Origin: an uncultured Gemmatimonadales bacterium
GTDB lineage: Bacteria > Gemmatimonadota > Gemmatimonadetes > Gemmatimonadales > GWC2-71-9
Reading direction: 5' to 3'
Length of the DNA stretch: 64,000 nucleotides
NCBI GenBank assembly: GCA_963821525.1
Contig: CAWGED010000019.1
Span: 1,032,233 to 1,096,232 of the forward strand
Part shown: positions 61,905 through 64,000 of the stretch, piece by piece
Position numbering within the stretch: position 1 is the first letter of the stretch
How the letters are laid out: the number at the start of each line of letters is the position of its first letter
Notes under the pieces: model-generated
Told to the model about the DNA's origin: nothing
Seen by the model: the letters and a program-made list of their open reading frames with translations, nothing else
The model's database searches: none
Program-made: the position numbers and the translations under genes

Positions 61905-63253
61905 TGCGGAACGCGTATCTGTCGGCGGCGTTGCTGTTGGTTCTTGGCGGGGCAGTTGGGGGAGGGAGCTCCTCTGCCGCGGTTTCGCAGGGTCAGGCCT
62001 CCGTGGTGCCTGCTCCCTGGGCCGTGGAGGACCCCGCGGACAGCCTCTATCGCGCGGCTCGCGATGCGCTGAACCGCAACGATTACACCCGGGCCGCGGA
62101 CCTGTTCCGCAAGATCCGGGATACCTATCCCAAGTCGCAGTACACCCCCGATGCCTACTACTGGGAGGCATTCGCACTCTACCGCCGGGGCGCGACCAGC
62201 GATCTCAATACCGCGCTGGCCTCGCTGGAGCAGCAGGAGAAGAAGTATCCCAAGGCCGCCACACGGGGAGACGCGCGTTCTCTGACGACGCGGATTCGCA
62301 GCGAGCTCGCGAAGCGGGGGGATCCCGACCAGCGATTCCGCGTGGATAGCGAGGCCAAGGCTGCCGCGCAGGGTTGCCCGGACGACGAAGACGATGTCCG
62401 CATCGAGGCACTCAACGGCCTGCTGCAGATGGACGCGGACCGGGCGATGCCGATCCTGAAGAAGGTGCTCGCCCGTCGTGATGCGTGCTCGGAGGTCTTG
62501 CGTCGCAAGGCGGTGTTCCTGGTCTCCCAGAAACGCAGCGCCGAGACCGAATCCATTCTGCTCGGGGCGGCGCGGACCGATCCGGATGATGAGGTACGCC
62601 AGCAGGCGGTGTTCTGGCTGTCCCAGGTAGGAAGCGAAACGGCGGTGAGCGCGCTCGATTCGATCCTGCGCACCTCGCGAGACACGGAGCTGCAGAAGAA
62701 GGCGATCTTCGCCCTGTCGCAGATGGACAGTCCCCGGGCCAGCGCGATCATCCGCTCCTACGCCGAGCGGACCGACGCCTCGAGCGAAGTCCAGGAGCAG
62801 GCCATCTTCTGGCTGGGCCAGCACGACTCTCCCGAGAACGCGGCGTACCTCAAGTCGCTGTACAAGCGCCTCTCCAGCGACGAATTGAAGGAGAAGGTGA
62901 TTTTCTCGCTCTCCCAGATGGAGGGACAGGGCAGCGGGAAATGGTTGATGGACCTGGCCACCGATGAGGCCGAGCCGATCGAAATGCGGAAGAAGGCCCT
63001 GTTCTGGGCTGGTCAGACCGGAACCGCTACCGCCGACCTGGTCAATCTCTACGGCAGGACGCGGAACTCGGAGATCAAGGAGCAGCTGATCTTCGTGTAC
63101 TCCCAACGGAGTGACAAGGCCTCGGCGGACAAGCTTCTCGACATCGCGAAGAACGAGCCGGACAAAGAGTTGAAGAAGAAAGCCATCTTCTGGCTTTCCC
63201 AATCGGATGACCCGCGCGCGGCGGATTACCTCCAGTCCATCATCGAGCAATGA
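61904..63253 (+). CDS. exported TPR (BamD-like) + HEAT repeat protein
   Basis: Signal peptide; DSLYRAAR..YPKS..DAYYW; repeated K/QAI/VFWLSQ units. Confidence 0.87.
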   Translation: MRNAYLSAALLLVLGGAVGGGSSSAAVSQGQASVVPAPWAVEDPADSLYRAARDALNRNDYTRAADLFRKIRDTYPKSQYTPDAYYWEAFALYRRGATSDLNTALASLEQQEKKYPKAATRGDARSLTTRIRSELAKRGDPDQRFRVDSEAKAAAQGCPDDEDDVRIEALNGLLQMDADRAMPILKKVLARRDACSEVLRRKAVFLVSQKRSAETESILLGAARTDPDDEVRQQAVFWLSQVGSETAVSALDSILRTSRDTELQKKAIFALSQMDSPRASAIIRSYAERTDASSEVQEQAIFWLGQHDSPENAAYLKSLYKRLSSDELKEKVIFSLSQMEGQGSGKWLMDLATDEAEPIEMRKKALFWAGQTGTATADLVNLYGRTRNSEIKEQLIFVYSQRSDKASADKLLDIAKNEPDKELKKKAIFWLSQSDDPRAADYLQSIIEQ

Positions 63254-64000
63254 GAGGAGCGTGGAGTATGGCCTTGGATATCCGCGCGATCTGCATCCTG
63301 GCGCTCGCCCCGATAGAGCCGGTGGTGGCGCAAAGCCTCGCCCAGCGAGTCGCCGCGGCTCCCGATGGGAAAGTGGAGTTCAGCTTCGCTTCGCGCCCCG
63401 GCGTCTGTGGCGACGGCAAAGGCGTCATCGGAGACGGGCGACACTTCATGATGATGCATGGGAACGGCTTCTCGATCTCCGATGGTGATGACGATGATGA
63501 CGACTACATCCGGGGCTGCCCCTGCGAACCGGGGCCGGTCCGGGTCTCACTCCGGGTGCGAAGCCACGAGGTCGATGACGTGAGCACCTACGTCGGACCG
63601 CTCCCCTCGACCGCCCGGACCGGAGTCACCGACCTCGGCAGGGTCGATGTGAAGTCGGCGACGAATTATCTGCTTGGCGTTGCAAGACAGGGTGACAGCG
63701 ATCTCGGGCACGACGCCATCTTCCCCGCGACCCTGGCCGACAGCGTCGTCGTCTGGCCGGAGCTGCTCAAGATTGCCCGGGATGAGTCAGTGGCGAGAGA
63801 TACGAGACAGAGTGCGGTATTCTGGGTCAGCCAGGCTGCGGGCGATGCGGCGACCCGGGGATTGGACTCGCTGGTCTCCGACGAGAACGGGGACCGTGAT
63901 ATTCGGGAACATGCGGTGTTTGCTCTCTCGCAGCGGCCGAAGGAAGAGGGCGTGCCGATCCTGATTCGGATCGCGAAGACCAACAAGGACCCGGAGATCA
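63250..64000 (+). CDS. exported HEAT repeat protein (runs off the window end)
   Basis: ATGA overlap at 63250, open to the end: ...AQSLAQRVAAAPDGKVEFSFASRPGVCGDG...AVFWVSQ...AVFALSQRP. Confidence 0.82.
   Translation, partial: MRGAWSMALDIRAICILALAPIEPVVAQSLAQRVAAAPDGKVEFSFASRPGVCGDGKGVIGDGRHFMMMHGNGFSISDGDDDDDDYIRGCPCEPGPVRVSLRVRSHEVDDVSTYVGPLPSTARTGVTDLGRVDVKSATNYLLGVARQGDSDLGHDAIFPATLADSVVVWPELLKIARDESVARDTRQSAVFWVSQAAGDAATRGLDSLVSDENGDRDIREHAVFALSQRPKEEGVPILIRIAKTNKDPEI

Overview
GC-rich bacterial chromosome segment with about 62 genes. The gene set and protein style suggest Gemmatimonadota, but that is inference only. It holds housekeeping genes (leuS, gyrA, fabH, cyclophilin, yggX, alkA, tnaA, pheA-aroF), many exported or outer-membrane proteins, and four separate ECF sigma/anti-sigma loci with different partners: a vWA-like gene plus twin anti-sigmas, a MacAB-TolC pump, a PDZ-only protein, and exported HEAT-repeat proteins. 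I saw no rRNA, tRNA, CRISPR array or prophage. Several genes, gyrA above all, are broken by single-base indels that are most likely sequencing or assembly errors. Main observations: (1) a complete four-segment Phe attenuator with an apparently leaderless leader peptide, ahead of an apparent prephenate dehydratase-ACT-DAHP synthase fusion; (2) a 512-bp unit of a DUF559 nuclease gene between 27-bp inverted palindromic repeats; (3) dispersed 7-bp tandem-repeat tracts that abut start codons and invade ORFs; (4) three ECF genes, each preceded by CAAC-N17 and a different -10; (5) twin MarR operator palindromes flanking marR; (6) two enzyme homologues that have lost their catalytic residues; (7) a recurring leaderless promoter layout.
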